From the IMG/VR virus record IMGVR_UViG_3300029267_004162, positions 186,001 to 250,000 of that record: 64,000 bases of DNA. One strand, given 5' to 3'. Positions 38,579 to 47,732 of the stretch are shown one piece after another. The position numbers and the translations under genes were made by a program. The notes beneath the pieces were generated by a model, which made no database searches, had not been told where the DNA came from, and worked only from the letters and a program-made list of their open reading frames with translations. How positions within the stretch are numbered: the first letter of the stretch is position 1; each line of letters starts with the position of its first letter.

Positions 38579-38648
38579 CGCCTCGGGATAGAGTAGGGCA
38601 TCCACGTACCTACCTCGCCCTGCTCTATCCCACCCCCCCCCTTCGGTA

Positions 38649-39197
38649 ATGGAAGTGACTCGGCCAATAAGAGAGGTACCGGAGATTCGCATGAAGATCA
38701 GTTTAAAATTAACAACTGCTAATTTGAGACGATTGACCCCGGATCAAGTGCAAACGTCTTTGAAAATGCTAGAAGCCCAAGCGGATCAGATTCGTAAGGA
38801 TATGGATAGGAATCAAAGGCTACTGGGCCATCTAAACGATCAAATAGGGGATTGTGTAAGTGTAGCTCGTTTACTCCGAGATATCGTGTGGATAGGAGAA
38901 AAACCTGTTGTTGTGGACTCCCGGCTGGATGAAACTTGTCTATCTAGTCCTTTTCCTCAGAATAAACGTTTCGGTATCGTGAGGAAAGACTGGAATGGAC
39001 AGGGAGTAACGGGGTGGACTCTTGATATTTACTTCCCAAACACTCTTCACGCGAATACGTGGCTGGGGCCGGGTTGGCGTCGAAAAGAAGCAATAGAATA
39101 TGCCAAACATTGGGTTGTGAAAGATCGCGTTTTCTGTCGGCAATTCGCAAAAGATCATCCATCACTGACTGTCTTAAAATCACGTTCCAAAATGTAG
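38649..39197 (+). CDS. hypothetical protein (N-terminal coiled coil)
   Basis: 182-aa ORF; start may be ATG 38691. Confidence 0.6.
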   Translation: MEVTRPIREVPEIRMKISLKLTTANLRRLTPDQVQTSLKMLEAQADQIRKDMDRNQRLLGHLNDQIGDCVSVARLLRDIVWIGEKPVVVDSRLDETCLSSPFPQNKRFGIVRKDWNGQGVTGWTLDIYFPNTLHANTWLGPGWRRKEAIEYAKHWVVKDRVFCRQFAKDHPSLTVLKSRSKM

Positions 39198-39351
39198 GAC
39201 ACCACAAGAAGCAGCAAACACGTGGGCAGCGTTACAAGAGGACTATGAGCGGCTGTCAGTTGGGAATTGTAATGATTGGCCTGTTGCTTGCCTTTGGGTC
39301 TAGGTTCATCGGGGCGATTGTGAGTGGACTACTTAATTAGGAGTAGGTGCG

Positions 39352-39867
39352 ATGAAACTACAAGTTGAGTTGGATGATACCAAAGAATTCACCGGGGGTT
39401 GGAGTATGGATCAAATCCCTGTTCTTTCGGCACTCCGCGCAGTCACTTTCGTGGATAAACTCAGTATCCTGGAATTCGGAACAGGAAAGAGCACTGAGCT
39501 TCTAGCAAAATTGCTCCGCGACAAGAGCGTTGACTACCGCTATGTTAGCTATGAGAACGACCCCACCTTCGTGTGCCCGGATTCCTCAATAGAGACAATC
39601 TTCTGGGAAGTCTTTCCGGCTCAGATTGTTGACGGTATATTTGACCTCATCATCAATGATGGCCCGAATGGGGTTAGACGAAAACTATGGTATGAGTTAC
39701 ATCGTAAAAATGTGAGGCCAGGGACGGTTCTGCTGCTGGACGGTTTTTACCACTACGTAGAATTTTTGGAAGCCTTGGATTTGAACTACACCTATGAGAT
39801 CCTCTCTGACCATGTAGCGAAAAGGGGAACTTGTTGGCGTGTGGTTAAGGTTCTGAGTGTGCGATGA
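39352..39867 (+). CDS. class I SAM-dependent methyltransferase
   Basis: ILEFGTGKST, SYEND, DLIINDGP. Confidence 0.75.
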   Translation: MKLQVELDDTKEFTGGWSMDQIPVLSALRAVTFVDKLSILEFGTGKSTELLAKLLRDKSVDYRYVSYENDPTFVCPDSSIETIFWEVFPAQIVDGIFDLIINDGPNGVRRKLWYELHRKNVRPGTVLLLDGFYHYVEFLEALDLNYTYEILSDHVAKRGTCWRVVKVLSVR

Positions 39868-40097
39868 GTTGCCAGGCCGCTTTTCAACCGGGTGATGAAG
39901 CGTACGCTTTTGATGGGTTTGCTTGGGTTCAGGCAGGCGGAGACCAACCCGACCAGAATCGCCAGTTTTGGAAGAAGGCAAGGGTGATAAAAACCAGCAT
40001 CGACAGTTTGAATCGCTCTATTACAGATGTGGTTTTTCTTGACGAGAATCGTAGATCTTGTAATCACCTCTCTCATTCACTTAGGAGGCCCGCTTGA
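39864..40097 (+). CDS. hypothetical protein
   Basis: ATGA-coupled 77-aa ORF. Confidence 0.5.
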   Translation: MSCQAAFQPGDEAYAFDGFAWVQAGGDQPDQNRQFWKKARVIKTSIDSLNRSITDVVFLDENRRSCNHLSHSLRRPA

Positions 40098-40396
40098 AAA
40101 CGAAAAAGAAAATGGAGACCTTGATTCCTCTTGGAGAACGGGTACTCATCCGGAAAGACGAGAACAGAACCACCACCAAAGGCGGAATTGAGTTACCTGG
40201 TTCTTTGGAAATTCCCACCCTAACTGGTCGGGTAGTAGAAATATCAGCCAAGGTAGACAGTGACCCCGACTACCCAATCAAGCAGTATGACAGGGTTCTT
40301 TTTAATCCGCAGAACGCGGTGCCTGTTGGATTCGAGGCCGATGACAGACTGATGGTGGTTCAGGTTCAGGATGTTGTGGCTGTTTTTACCAATTGA
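40094..40396 (+). CDS. groES: co-chaperonin GroES
   Basis: PLGERVLIR, TTKGGIELP mobile loop, GRVV, DVVAV; AGGAGG RBS. Confidence 0.9.
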   Translation: MKTKKKMETLIPLGERVLIRKDENRTTTKGGIELPGSLEIPTLTGRVVEISAKVDSDPDYPIKQYDRVLFNPQNAVPVGFEADDRLMVVQVQDVVAVFTN

Positions 40397-40490
40397 TCTA
40401 GGGGATCGAAATGGCAATCGTAAATTGCATACTATGGTCCTACTCACCACAAATCTGTGCTTGTTTTCGTGTTTAGGTAGGAGGACACTC

Positions 40491-41159
40491 GTGTCACGGG
40501 AAACGTTAAGCGAACTATCACGATCCGCCATCCATGAGGAATTGGGAGTCTGCGCACGGGACCTGGTAGGTCGTCCTCACCAATTGCCGCCTGATTCACC
40601 TTTTCTGGCTATCCTGGAACGGGAGAATCTTTTGGTAGAGGAATTGCGCCGCCGTGGTCGTCTTGTGGCCAAGCCTGAATCTGACTGGAAATGGCCAAAA
40701 GATTCCTCTCAACACAGAGGGGTATTTGCTGCGACTAGGGAAAATTTAGTTGAGTTTCGGGTAAAATATGGCTTCGGTGTGAGTGGGGACTCTTGTTGTA
40801 ACTGTGGTATTACCGTTAATCTGCCTGGGTGCCAAGCCGGGTGGTTTTGTCCGATCTGTGGTCATTTTACCTCTCAGAGTTTCAGTGATTGCCTTCCATT
40901 AATTGATGAGCCAACCTTTGGTCCCGATAAGGTTACCATTTTGACCGCCTGCAATGAGGCTAACTGGATTCAAGGTGAATGTGAAGCTGGTCGTCTTAGA
41001 CCTAGTGGTGAAAATTTCCATGACTATTACGATTCATTGAAGCCTTACCTGGATCGGTTGAAACCTGGGGTCTATTGTGATAAAACACACGGGTTCAAAT
41101 TTGATTTGGAGTATAGCCCTCAAGAGGAGAAGACATGTTCGCTTGGTGGAATGATGTAG
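40491..41159 (+). CDS. hypothetical Zn-ribbon protein
   Basis: CCNCG...WFCPICGH; GTG 40491 after GAGG preferred. Confidence 0.55.
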   Translation: MSRETLSELSRSAIHEELGVCARDLVGRPHQLPPDSPFLAILERENLLVEELRRRGRLVAKPESDWKWPKDSSQHRGVFAATRENLVEFRVKYGFGVSGDSCCNCGITVNLPGCQAGWFCPICGHFTSQSFSDCLPLIDEPTFGPDKVTILTACNEANWIQGECEAGRLRPSGENFHDYYDSLKPYLDRLKPGVYCDKTHGFKFDLEYSPQEEKTCSLGGMM

Positions 41160-41366
41160 CAACATGCGGTGATATCTGTGTTGGGATAGGCGGTACTCTT
41201 ATCCGAGGGGTGTTTCGGTTTTACCGGAGGATAGAAAATCGTGGATGGAAGTGGCAATGACAAACGAATCGATAGCATTGGTAATTCGGCAGTCGGTAGG
41301 CTCGTAGTACAGGAGATAGACCGGCGGGGCATGACTCTACCGACTGAAGAAGGAGTGGAGAGGGAA

Positions 41367-41567
41367 ATGACAACGAAGCCACAAAATGATCTCTACCAAA
41401 AGGCGTTGGACTCCGTGCGAGCGTATGGCCATCCGAATGTTTGTCATCTTCAAGACCAGCTTAAGATTGGTTCCACAGACGCGCGGCGATTGATTAACCA
41501 AATGTTGAAGAAAGGAGACGTGGTGTGGGACGTCCGCGGCAATCTGAAGCTGCAACTGAAACCGTAA
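41367..41567 (+). CDS. stand-alone FtsK gamma (winged-helix) domain
   Basis: DLYQKA...LQDQLKIG..DARRLINQM.KKG.V. Confidence 0.75.
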   Translation: MTTKPQNDLYQKALDSVRAYGHPNVCHLQDQLKIGSTDARRLINQMLKKGDVVWDVRGNLKLQLKP

Positions 41568-41634
41568 GGGTTATCACCAAGCACTGCTCGCATTATGGTA
41601 AAGCCACGGCGCAGGCCATAAATAGGAGAAGACA

Positions 41635-42153
41635 GTGACTGCCGCGAGAGTGATTCCGGGGAAAGCAGTCGATGTGTTAATTGCCAACAGCCGACGCGGA
41701 CTCGTCCAACCTGCACCAGGCGACCTGGCGGAATCCGAGACCGCGTATGGTCGGGGGTACCAAGACGGAATGCGAGACCTGGCAATGAAGATTTTAACGA
41801 TTGCTAATCCAGCTAAGGACTGGAGAGTAATGGCTGAGGTTGTAATGGTTTGTGTAGCTGACTCCTGTAAGAATCGGGGCGAGGCCAGCGAGGAAACTAA
41901 CTGTCCGTTGTGTAGCAGAGAGATGATACAAATCCCTCGGACTTTTTATGACGCGATCCATCACTCGACCCCACCCACCAAGGGTGTAACCGCAGAGACA
42001 GAGAAATTGCGGCAGATCAAGGAAGCGTGGGAGGCATCACGTGAGGCAGGCAAGCGAAGGGCAACCCACAACGCGGAATGTACTACTCATCGTCCCAGGA
42101 CAGAGTTGGCGGGCGTGTTGCAGGAGATATTCGCCCCTGTCTCATCAGATTAG
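41635..42153 (+). CDS. hypothetical protein with Zn ribbon
   Basis: AYGRGYQDG motif, C...C...CPLC; AGGAG RBS. Confidence 0.6.
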   Translation: MTAARVIPGKAVDVLIANSRRGLVQPAPGDLAESETAYGRGYQDGMRDLAMKILTIANPAKDWRVMAEVVMVCVADSCKNRGEASEETNCPLCSREMIQIPRTFYDAIHHSTPPTKGVTAETEKLRQIKEAWEASREAGKRRATHNAECTTHRPRTELAGVLQEIFAPVSSD

Positions 42154-42164
42154 GAGACGTGGAA

Positions 42165-42710
42165 ATGGTTCCGAATCAACTCTTCTTCACTCGTGGGGTG
42201 GGTAAGCACCACCACCCCCTGGAATCTTTTGAGGCTGCGTTGCGCGATGCGGGGGTTGCATTGTGCAATTTGGTGAAAGTATCGAGCATCTATCCACCTG
42301 GATGTAAGATCATCTCACGCCGAGCTGGGTTGGCGAAGCTCGTTCCCGGTCAAATAACCTATTGTGTTTTGGCTGAAACTCGTACCAACGAGCCCAATCG
42401 ATTGGTTTCTGCCGGCATAGGACTTGCTGTACCCGCCAAGGGGGATCAGTATGGTTACATTTCCGAGCATCACGGGTATGGACTCACCAAACTCAAGACG
42501 GCTGATTTCGTTGAGGACATGGCTGCTAGTATGTTGGCAACTACGCTTGGCATAGAGTTCAACGCCGACAGTGACTATGATGAACGCCGCGAAGTCTACA
42601 AGATGAGTGGTCAGATTGTCAAAACACGCGCCGTTGTGCAATCCACCGAGGGCGATAAGAATGGTAAATGGACCACAGTTGTGGCTGCGGCCGTCTTCCT
42701 TTTTGAATAA
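42165..42710 (+). CDS. pdaD: pyruvoyl-dependent arginine decarboxylase
   Basis: FFTRGVG.H...SFE.ALRDAG...NLVKVSSIYPP (SS autocleavage site), GYISEH, WTTVVAAAV. Confidence 0.9.
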   Translation: MVPNQLFFTRGVGKHHHPLESFEAALRDAGVALCNLVKVSSIYPPGCKIISRRAGLAKLVPGQITYCVLAETRTNEPNRLVSAGIGLAVPAKGDQYGYISEHHGYGLTKLKTADFVEDMAASMLATTLGIEFNADSDYDERREVYKMSGQIVKTRAVVQSTEGDKNGKWTTVVAAAVFLFE

Positions 42711-42721
42711 CCGGAGGCAAC

Positions 42722-42922
42722 ATGGATTTTTTGGACGCTTTAACTGAGATGCGGAAAAATCCCGACGTTGAGTTTAGTGATGATGCAGGTCATCGTAATC
42801 GTCTCCATTCGGATGGTCGTTTGGAATACTTCGATAGAGGAAAGGGACAGTGGTGTGACAATCCAGACAGTTTCAACGGACTTTTACTGAATAACTGGCG
42901 GCCAATAAAGACCACAGAGTAA
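42722..42922 (+). CDS. small protein, distant Tad2/DUF2829-like pattern
   Basis: MDFLDAL...W......LLLNNW; GGAGG RBS. Confidence 0.45.
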   Translation: MDFLDALTEMRKNPDVEFSDDAGHRNRLHSDGRLEYFDRGKGQWCDNPDSFNGLLLNNWRPIKTTE

Positions 42923-43224
42923 CCACGCCTAATTCGACCCCAAATAGTTTCCAAGGATTCCGGTCTGGCTGCGCGATAGTTTAGCCCTGATGGAGTGCGG
43001 CGTTCGTTGCACGGAGAGCATTTTATTCCGTCAGCGGAAGAAATGGTTTGGGCTGTTGTTAAGTTGATGGTCAAATCCAGGGATTTGTTGCCAGTGATTA
43101 AGTGGATGGCCGATGAGCACGAGCCGCCTGATGCTACAGAGACGTATATGTTGATTCCCCCGTATAGTCAGCCAAATAGCGATCACTGTTAGTTTCTTGC
43201 TATTGCCTAGTAGGTGGAGATGTA

Positions 43225-43512
43225 ATGCTGCGTCGCGTGGAATTGAAGACAGTAGTAAAGTTGTTGAATGAGCTGTTGGATATTGATCGGGAAGCTATTA
43301 CCCGGTTGTTTGAACACCGCGAGCCATGTGTTGATCTTTTTGTTCAGCACCCCAAAGTTGTTGTAAAAACTATTCCTGGTAGCTCGAAGCCGCATGTGGG
43401 CGTGTTGGGGATTATCAATGGGTTTTTCCGGGAGGGCCACGACCACGGTCCAATTGCTATGCGTTTGCGGCCGGACGGTCAGATTGGTGAGTTCTTGTTG
43501 TATTCTCGTTAA
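43225..43512 (+). CDS. hypothetical protein
   Basis: LNELLDIDREAI..L...R.PC...VGVLGIING, a recurrent phage family. Confidence 0.65.
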   Translation: MLRRVELKTVVKLLNELLDIDREAITRLFEHREPCVDLFVQHPKVVVKTIPGSSKPHVGVLGIINGFFREGHDHGPIAMRLRPDGQIGEFLLYSR

Positions 43513-43524
43513 GTCGTAGTGGGT

Positions 43525-43552
43525 TTGACAACCGCTGACGAGGCGGTATTCT
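43525..43552 (+). promoter_or_regulatory. sigma70-type promoter upstream of the tRNA remnant
   Basis: TTGACA-N16-TATTCT. Confidence 0.5.
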
Positions 43553-43564
43553 GCTTACTATTGT

Positions 43565-43618
43565 TGCGGAGTGGCGCAGTTGGTAGCGCGCTGGGTTCAT
43601 AGCCCGGAGGTCGCAGGT
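43565..43618 (+). pseudogene. 3'-truncated initiator-type tRNA-Met(CAU)
   Basis: intact D arm, anticodon arm CTGGG-TT-CAT-AG-CCCGG (three G-C pairs), sequence breaks after T54. Confidence 0.8.
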
Positions 43619-43670
43619 GGCGGCTGAGCGTTAGGATAAAGGGAAATCTCATGTCACCTTTCCAAGCGGT

Positions 43671-44093
43671 GTGGATAGGGTTTCTGGTATGTATACTGGA
43701 TGTAGTGTGAAGAACACTCTCTGTACGAATAATGAGTGTACTTTTTGCGGGGTTTGTTGTATCGCATTCCCCATCAAGAGTCTGGGAAAAGACTCCTTGA
43801 CGGTCTGCACACATCTATATTGGGGGGATGGGGGATTCCGCTGTGATGATTATGAGAATAGACCCCCGGAGTGTCGCGCTTTTCAGCCTTGTGTGGTTGG
43901 TGCGATGCGCGTGCTGGATTCACTTCTTTGCCAAATCGATCTTTGGTCCGATGAAGTGTGGGTCACCCTGATGACTGGGATTAAAGCGGGTGGTGGATTG
44001 GATGTGAACCACCCGGAACTGCACCCCCTAATAGAACACTTTGATGCAACCCAAATCAAACGGAAAGACAGGTTCCAAGAATTGACTAGATAG
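43671..44093 (+). CDS. YkgJ-like cysteine-cluster (CxxCxxCC) protein
   Basis: CTFCGVCC...C.HL...CDDYENRPPECRAF; start probably ATG 43689. Confidence 0.75.
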   Translation: MDRVSGMYTGCSVKNTLCTNNECTFCGVCCIAFPIKSLGKDSLTVCTHLYWGDGGFRCDDYENRPPECRAFQPCVVGAMRVLDSLLCQIDLWSDEVWVTLMTGIKAGGGLDVNHPELHPLIEHFDATQIKRKDRFQELTR

Positions 44094-44256
44094 TGGCTCT
44101 TCGGTTCAACTTCTGTGGAGTGAGTACCCTTTCTTTGCGTAGATCGTTGATAGCCTTAGCAACCTTCTCCCCCGCGCGAACCAACTCGCCCTTGCGATCC
44201 AATTCCTTGAGCCCCTTCACCACGTCTTCGGATATTTTCTTAGCATCTTTGGCCAT
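44086..44256 (-). CDS. small basic protein (56 aa, not in the ORF track)
   Basis: MAKDAKKISEDVVKGLKELDRKG...RRATI, directly after the SNF2 gene. Confidence 0.55.
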   Translation of the reverse strand: MAKDAKKISEDVVKGLKELDRKGELVRAGEKVAKAINDLRKERVLTPQKLNRRATI

Positions 44257-44287
44257 GGTGTTACTTACGAGTGTTCGGGCAATCTAT

Positions 44288-47200
44288 TTAATCATCCACT
44301 TCCACCTCTTCTTCTTCCTCTACGTCTGCCTTTCGTTTGGCTTCCCAATTCAAAGTATAAACCTGTTTTAGTACGGTTTGGATTTCTGCTTGATTTTGCA
44401 GGAAGTATTTACCTGGTTTTCGTTCAGACCCTTCGATGTAATCCAGTATTTTAAGAACCAGGGTTTTGTTCGTTTTCTTGAGGTCTAGCCACAGGCTACG
44501 ACGAACTAACTGGAATTTTGCGGCTCGTAGGATGGGTGCCGCTTGGGGGTCCAATTCATCACACAACAGTCCCGGTCGCCCGTTAAAAAGCGTAATGATC
44601 ACGTATGCTTTGGGTTTCTTTTTCGCGGCGACCACTCGCCATTTACCCAAATACTTTAATTGTTCTGTCAAGCCTACCCCACCCTCAGACGCCGTGGTAC
44701 CAGTTACATCCCATAAGTCCAATTTAGTGGCTAGACGTTTTAGGACACTTTTAGCCCGTGCTTTTGTACCACACTCTAAGAACCAGTAGGGATCGGCGTT
44801 GTAAAATCTGTATTTGCCTCTCTTGAGCTTGGTTTTTCCTGCGGGTGCCCACAGGTGGAACGATTCAGGGTAATTGACGATAGTCAAATCTAGTGTATCA
44901 GTTGTATCGTCCGGATCAGCCAACCCCTCACTGTCATGAGGTACGTCTTCATAGGGGTCCCAATCGTAATTAGCCGATTGTCTGATTCGAGGCATTTCTG
45001 CCTTCTCGGAACCCTTGATAGCTTTTGGGGTAGTCTTTTTTTCTATCATCTTCGGACCGAAGAACTTCAATGCTACCTTTGCTTCCTCCTTCTGCTGCTC
45101 TTCCATGTCATGGAACCGTTCTGTATAAGGTGCCATGTCCTCTTCTGTTCGGAAGGTACTGATGTTGTCCAAGTTCATACCAAAGAGTGTAAATTCTGTG
45201 GTATCGGTGTAATCACTATCAACTTTTCGTTTTTCATGCAATTTCGTGACCAACCGAGCGAATTTGGCCATATCCGCAGTCTTTCGAGCCAACAGAATAT
45301 CAACTGAAACCCGGTTTTTCTGACCAGGACGGAAAACGCGGGCGAATGCTTGCTGCATGTCTCCTGGGTTCCAAACCATGCTATACAAGATGGCCCGACT
45401 GGCTACTTGTAAATTTAGCCCTTCTTTTAGGGATTGCATGACAGCTACTAGAACGGTTTTTTCTGGACTGGTTTGGAAAGTGGTGATATTGGCTTTGACA
45501 CTCGCATCATAATACAGCATCTTCCCCTTAAATCTGCTGTGTTCCATAATATGACGGGCTTGACGTTTTTGTTCACAGAAAATAATGACCTTGCCTTTGC
45601 CATCACTACCAAAGTGTTTACCTAGTAACTCATCTACTTTTCCTACTTTAGGGGACACCATGTCCGCTTTTGCTAGAGATTTGGAAAATTTTTCACTGGT
45701 TGGATCATTGATATAACTATAGATCCTCGATAAACGAATGAGGATCTTACTAGGGGCGAAATCCTTTCCTACATTCTCTGGATCGGCCTGAAATTCCTCC
45801 CACGCTGCTGCTAATTCGGGATCAGCCAGAATCTCTTTAACGACTGCTTTTTCAACAGCGACGTAGACTCTTTGTTGAGCGGTGGTAAAATCACAATAAT
45901 GCACTTTTTGCTCTAATTTTGGAAGCATATGCCTCCAAGCACTCGACCGAATACTAACCCCAGCTTCTTCGAGTAACGCTTGTCTAATCTTCTTCTGAGC
46001 ATTGGGTTTCCACACGAGTACCTTGCTCGCGTCATGAACTGCGGCGTATCTGTTGCAAAATTGTTTGTAAGTACCAAAAATGGATGGGTCGAGGAGCCCA
46101 ATAGTACCTACTAAATCAGTGGGGTTGTTGGAAATGATGGTGCCGGAAGCGACACGTTTGATGGGAACAGAGGAAAAAGCCTTACATGCTTGGTGTACAT
46201 TGGTGGAGGGGTTTTTAGCTCGGTGGGCTTCATCGAAACTTACCATATCCACACCAGCCGCCATCATGTCTTTAGGTCGGGTAAAATTTCGAACATACTT
46301 GGGTTTACCTGAAGCAGTAAATTCTCCAGTAGCTAATTCATAGTATTCAGTTGATAAGAATTCATAACTAGTAAGAACAATTGTATTCGGGGGAGCCTTT
46401 TTAATTTGTTCTAGAGCCTGTGCCCATGCGGTTTCTTTATCACCCCCCATTTTATGATATGTTTCAGAATTAATTACTAAAACGTTTACTTGGCCTTTTG
46501 TCCAATTGTGGATTTCATCTTTTTGTTGTGGGATAAGGATATTGGGCATGACGATGCATGGGCGAGTCGCTTTGCCTTTAGCTAGCATGTTTAAGGCATC
46601 GGCCAGCATCGTTAAAGTTTTACCACCACCAGTGTCTACGTCGAGAATGGCTGCATCAGTTTTGTCTAACACAGCCAGAGCATACGCCTGATGAGGCATA
46701 AAATTAACATCGGGTAAACTTGGGACAGTGGGGCAATCTTTAGGAGCAGCGGTAAGGCGCGTTTTTTTGTCGTTTTTAACTTCCTGCGTTAATTTTCCAA
46801 GGACTGCCGCATTTTCCATGAGAAGAGACCACAGGATAAACCGGGGGTGGAGGACAGATAAGCGGCCTATGTGGGCTTCGCCCGCCGCTTGGATGGTTTT
46901 AGGGGTGACTTTCTCGAATTTTCTAATAATCTCAAGAACAGAAGGCTTCCCGTCTTGAGCCCAGCCCGGTGTATTCCAAATCTTCGATGCGTAAATAACA
47001 CCCGCATTAATATGCCAATCTACGAATTCTTGCGTGATTGTACACGCGGGGTCTTCGAATATCTTAATGATGTCCTTGCCGGTAACTGGCTGTGCTCCGG
47101 AGATATCTTCATATCTAGGTTTTCCTTCTCGGAGATACAAGAAATCCCCTTCAGCCATGTTACAATAGGCATAACCGCTCTCACCCTTTTCTATCATTGC

Positions 47201-47683
47201 GTGAAATTGTGCTAGGGTGATCCACCCGTCCCGAATTATAAAGCGTTTCCCATTTGACAACTTTATGGCTTTTGGGGGGCCAAATTTTTTACTGGTCTTG
47301 TCTAACCACCCGGCCAATTCTTCTACAACAGTGTCCTTTTTACTTTCAGGTGGTCCAGCAGACTGAAGTTCAGTCTTTTGATCCCATTCTTCTTCGTCTT
47401 TCCACAAGGATTCTGCTTCAGCTCTCCGCACTGCTTGTTCCGCATCAATGTGCAAACGTGCCCGCACGGCCTCAAATTTGGAAGGGCTTCGAGGAATCCG
47501 GGTCCAATCGGGATTGGGGAGAACGCCTTTTTGTTTGCAAAGCTGGATTAGCAAACGACATATGACAGGCCATTCTTCAGGTTCAAAATTGAGGAGAGTC
47601 CTCAAACCATACACGACCGGAAGATTAACCGGATTGAGTCGTTTGATGGCCTTGATAACACGAAGAGTCTGTTTATTGTTCAT
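44288..47683 (-). CDS. SNF2/Swi2-family helicase
   Basis: FMPHQ, DTGGGKT, FDEAHR.KN, SGTIISN, EGLNLQ, QAFARVFRPGQ. Confidence 0.9.
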   Translation of the reverse strand: MNNKQTLRVIKAIKRLNPVNLPVVYGLRTLLNFEPEEWPVICRLLIQLCKQKGVLPNPDWTRIPRSPSKFEAVRARLHIDAEQAVRRAEAESLWKDEEEWDQKTELQSAGPPESKKDTVVEELAGWLDKTSKKFGPPKAIKLSNGKRFIIRDGWITLAQFHAMIEKGESGYAYCNMAEGDFLYLREGKPRYEDISGAQPVTGKDIIKIFEDPACTITQEFVDWHINAGVIYASKIWNTPGWAQDGKPSVLEIIRKFEKVTPKTIQAAGEAHIGRLSVLHPRFILWSLLMENAAVLGKLTQEVKNDKKTRLTAAPKDCPTVPSLPDVNFMPHQAYALAVLDKTDAAILDVDTGGGKTLTMLADALNMLAKGKATRPCIVMPNILIPQQKDEIHNWTKGQVNVLVINSETYHKMGGDKETAWAQALEQIKKAPPNTIVLTSYEFLSTEYYELATGEFTASGKPKYVRNFTRPKDMMAAGVDMVSFDEAHRAKNPSTNVHQACKAFSSVPIKRVASGTIISNNPTDLVGTIGLLDPSIFGTYKQFCNRYAAVHDASKVLVWKPNAQKKIRQALLEEAGVSIRSSAWRHMLPKLEQKVHYCDFTTAQQRVYVAVEKAVVKEILADPELAAAWEEFQADPENVGKDFAPSKILIRLSRIYSYINDPTSEKFSKSLAKADMVSPKVGKVDELLGKHFGSDGKGKVIIFCEQKRQARHIMEHSRFKGKMLYYDASVKANITTFQTSPEKTVLVAVMQSLKEGLNLQVASRAILYSMVWNPGDMQQAFARVFRPGQKNRVSVDILLARKTADMAKFARLVTKLHEKRKVDSDYTDTTEFTLFGMNLDNISTFRTEEDMAPYTERFHDMEEQQKEEAKVALKFFGPKMIEKKTTPKAIKGSEKAEMPRIRQSANYDWDPYEDVPHDSEGLADPDDTTDTLDLTIVNYPESFHLWAPAGKTKLKRGKYRFYNADPYWFLECGTKARAKSVLKRLATKLDLWDVTGTTASEGGVGLTEQLKYLGKWRVVAAKKKPKAYVIITLFNGRPGLLCDELDPQAAPILRAAKFQLVRRSLWLDLKKTNKTLVLKILDYIEGSERKPGKYFLQNQAEIQTVLKQVYTLNWEAKRKADVEEEEEVEVDD

Positions 47684-47732
47684 GTGCGATCTACCTATAT
47701 TCTGCTGTGGCGTCGGATCTTGTGGGTTCGGT

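Noticed and set aside
44093-44371. 92-aa plus-strand ORF
   Set aside because: Antisense to the SNF2 end and to a more protein-like 56-aa minus ORF
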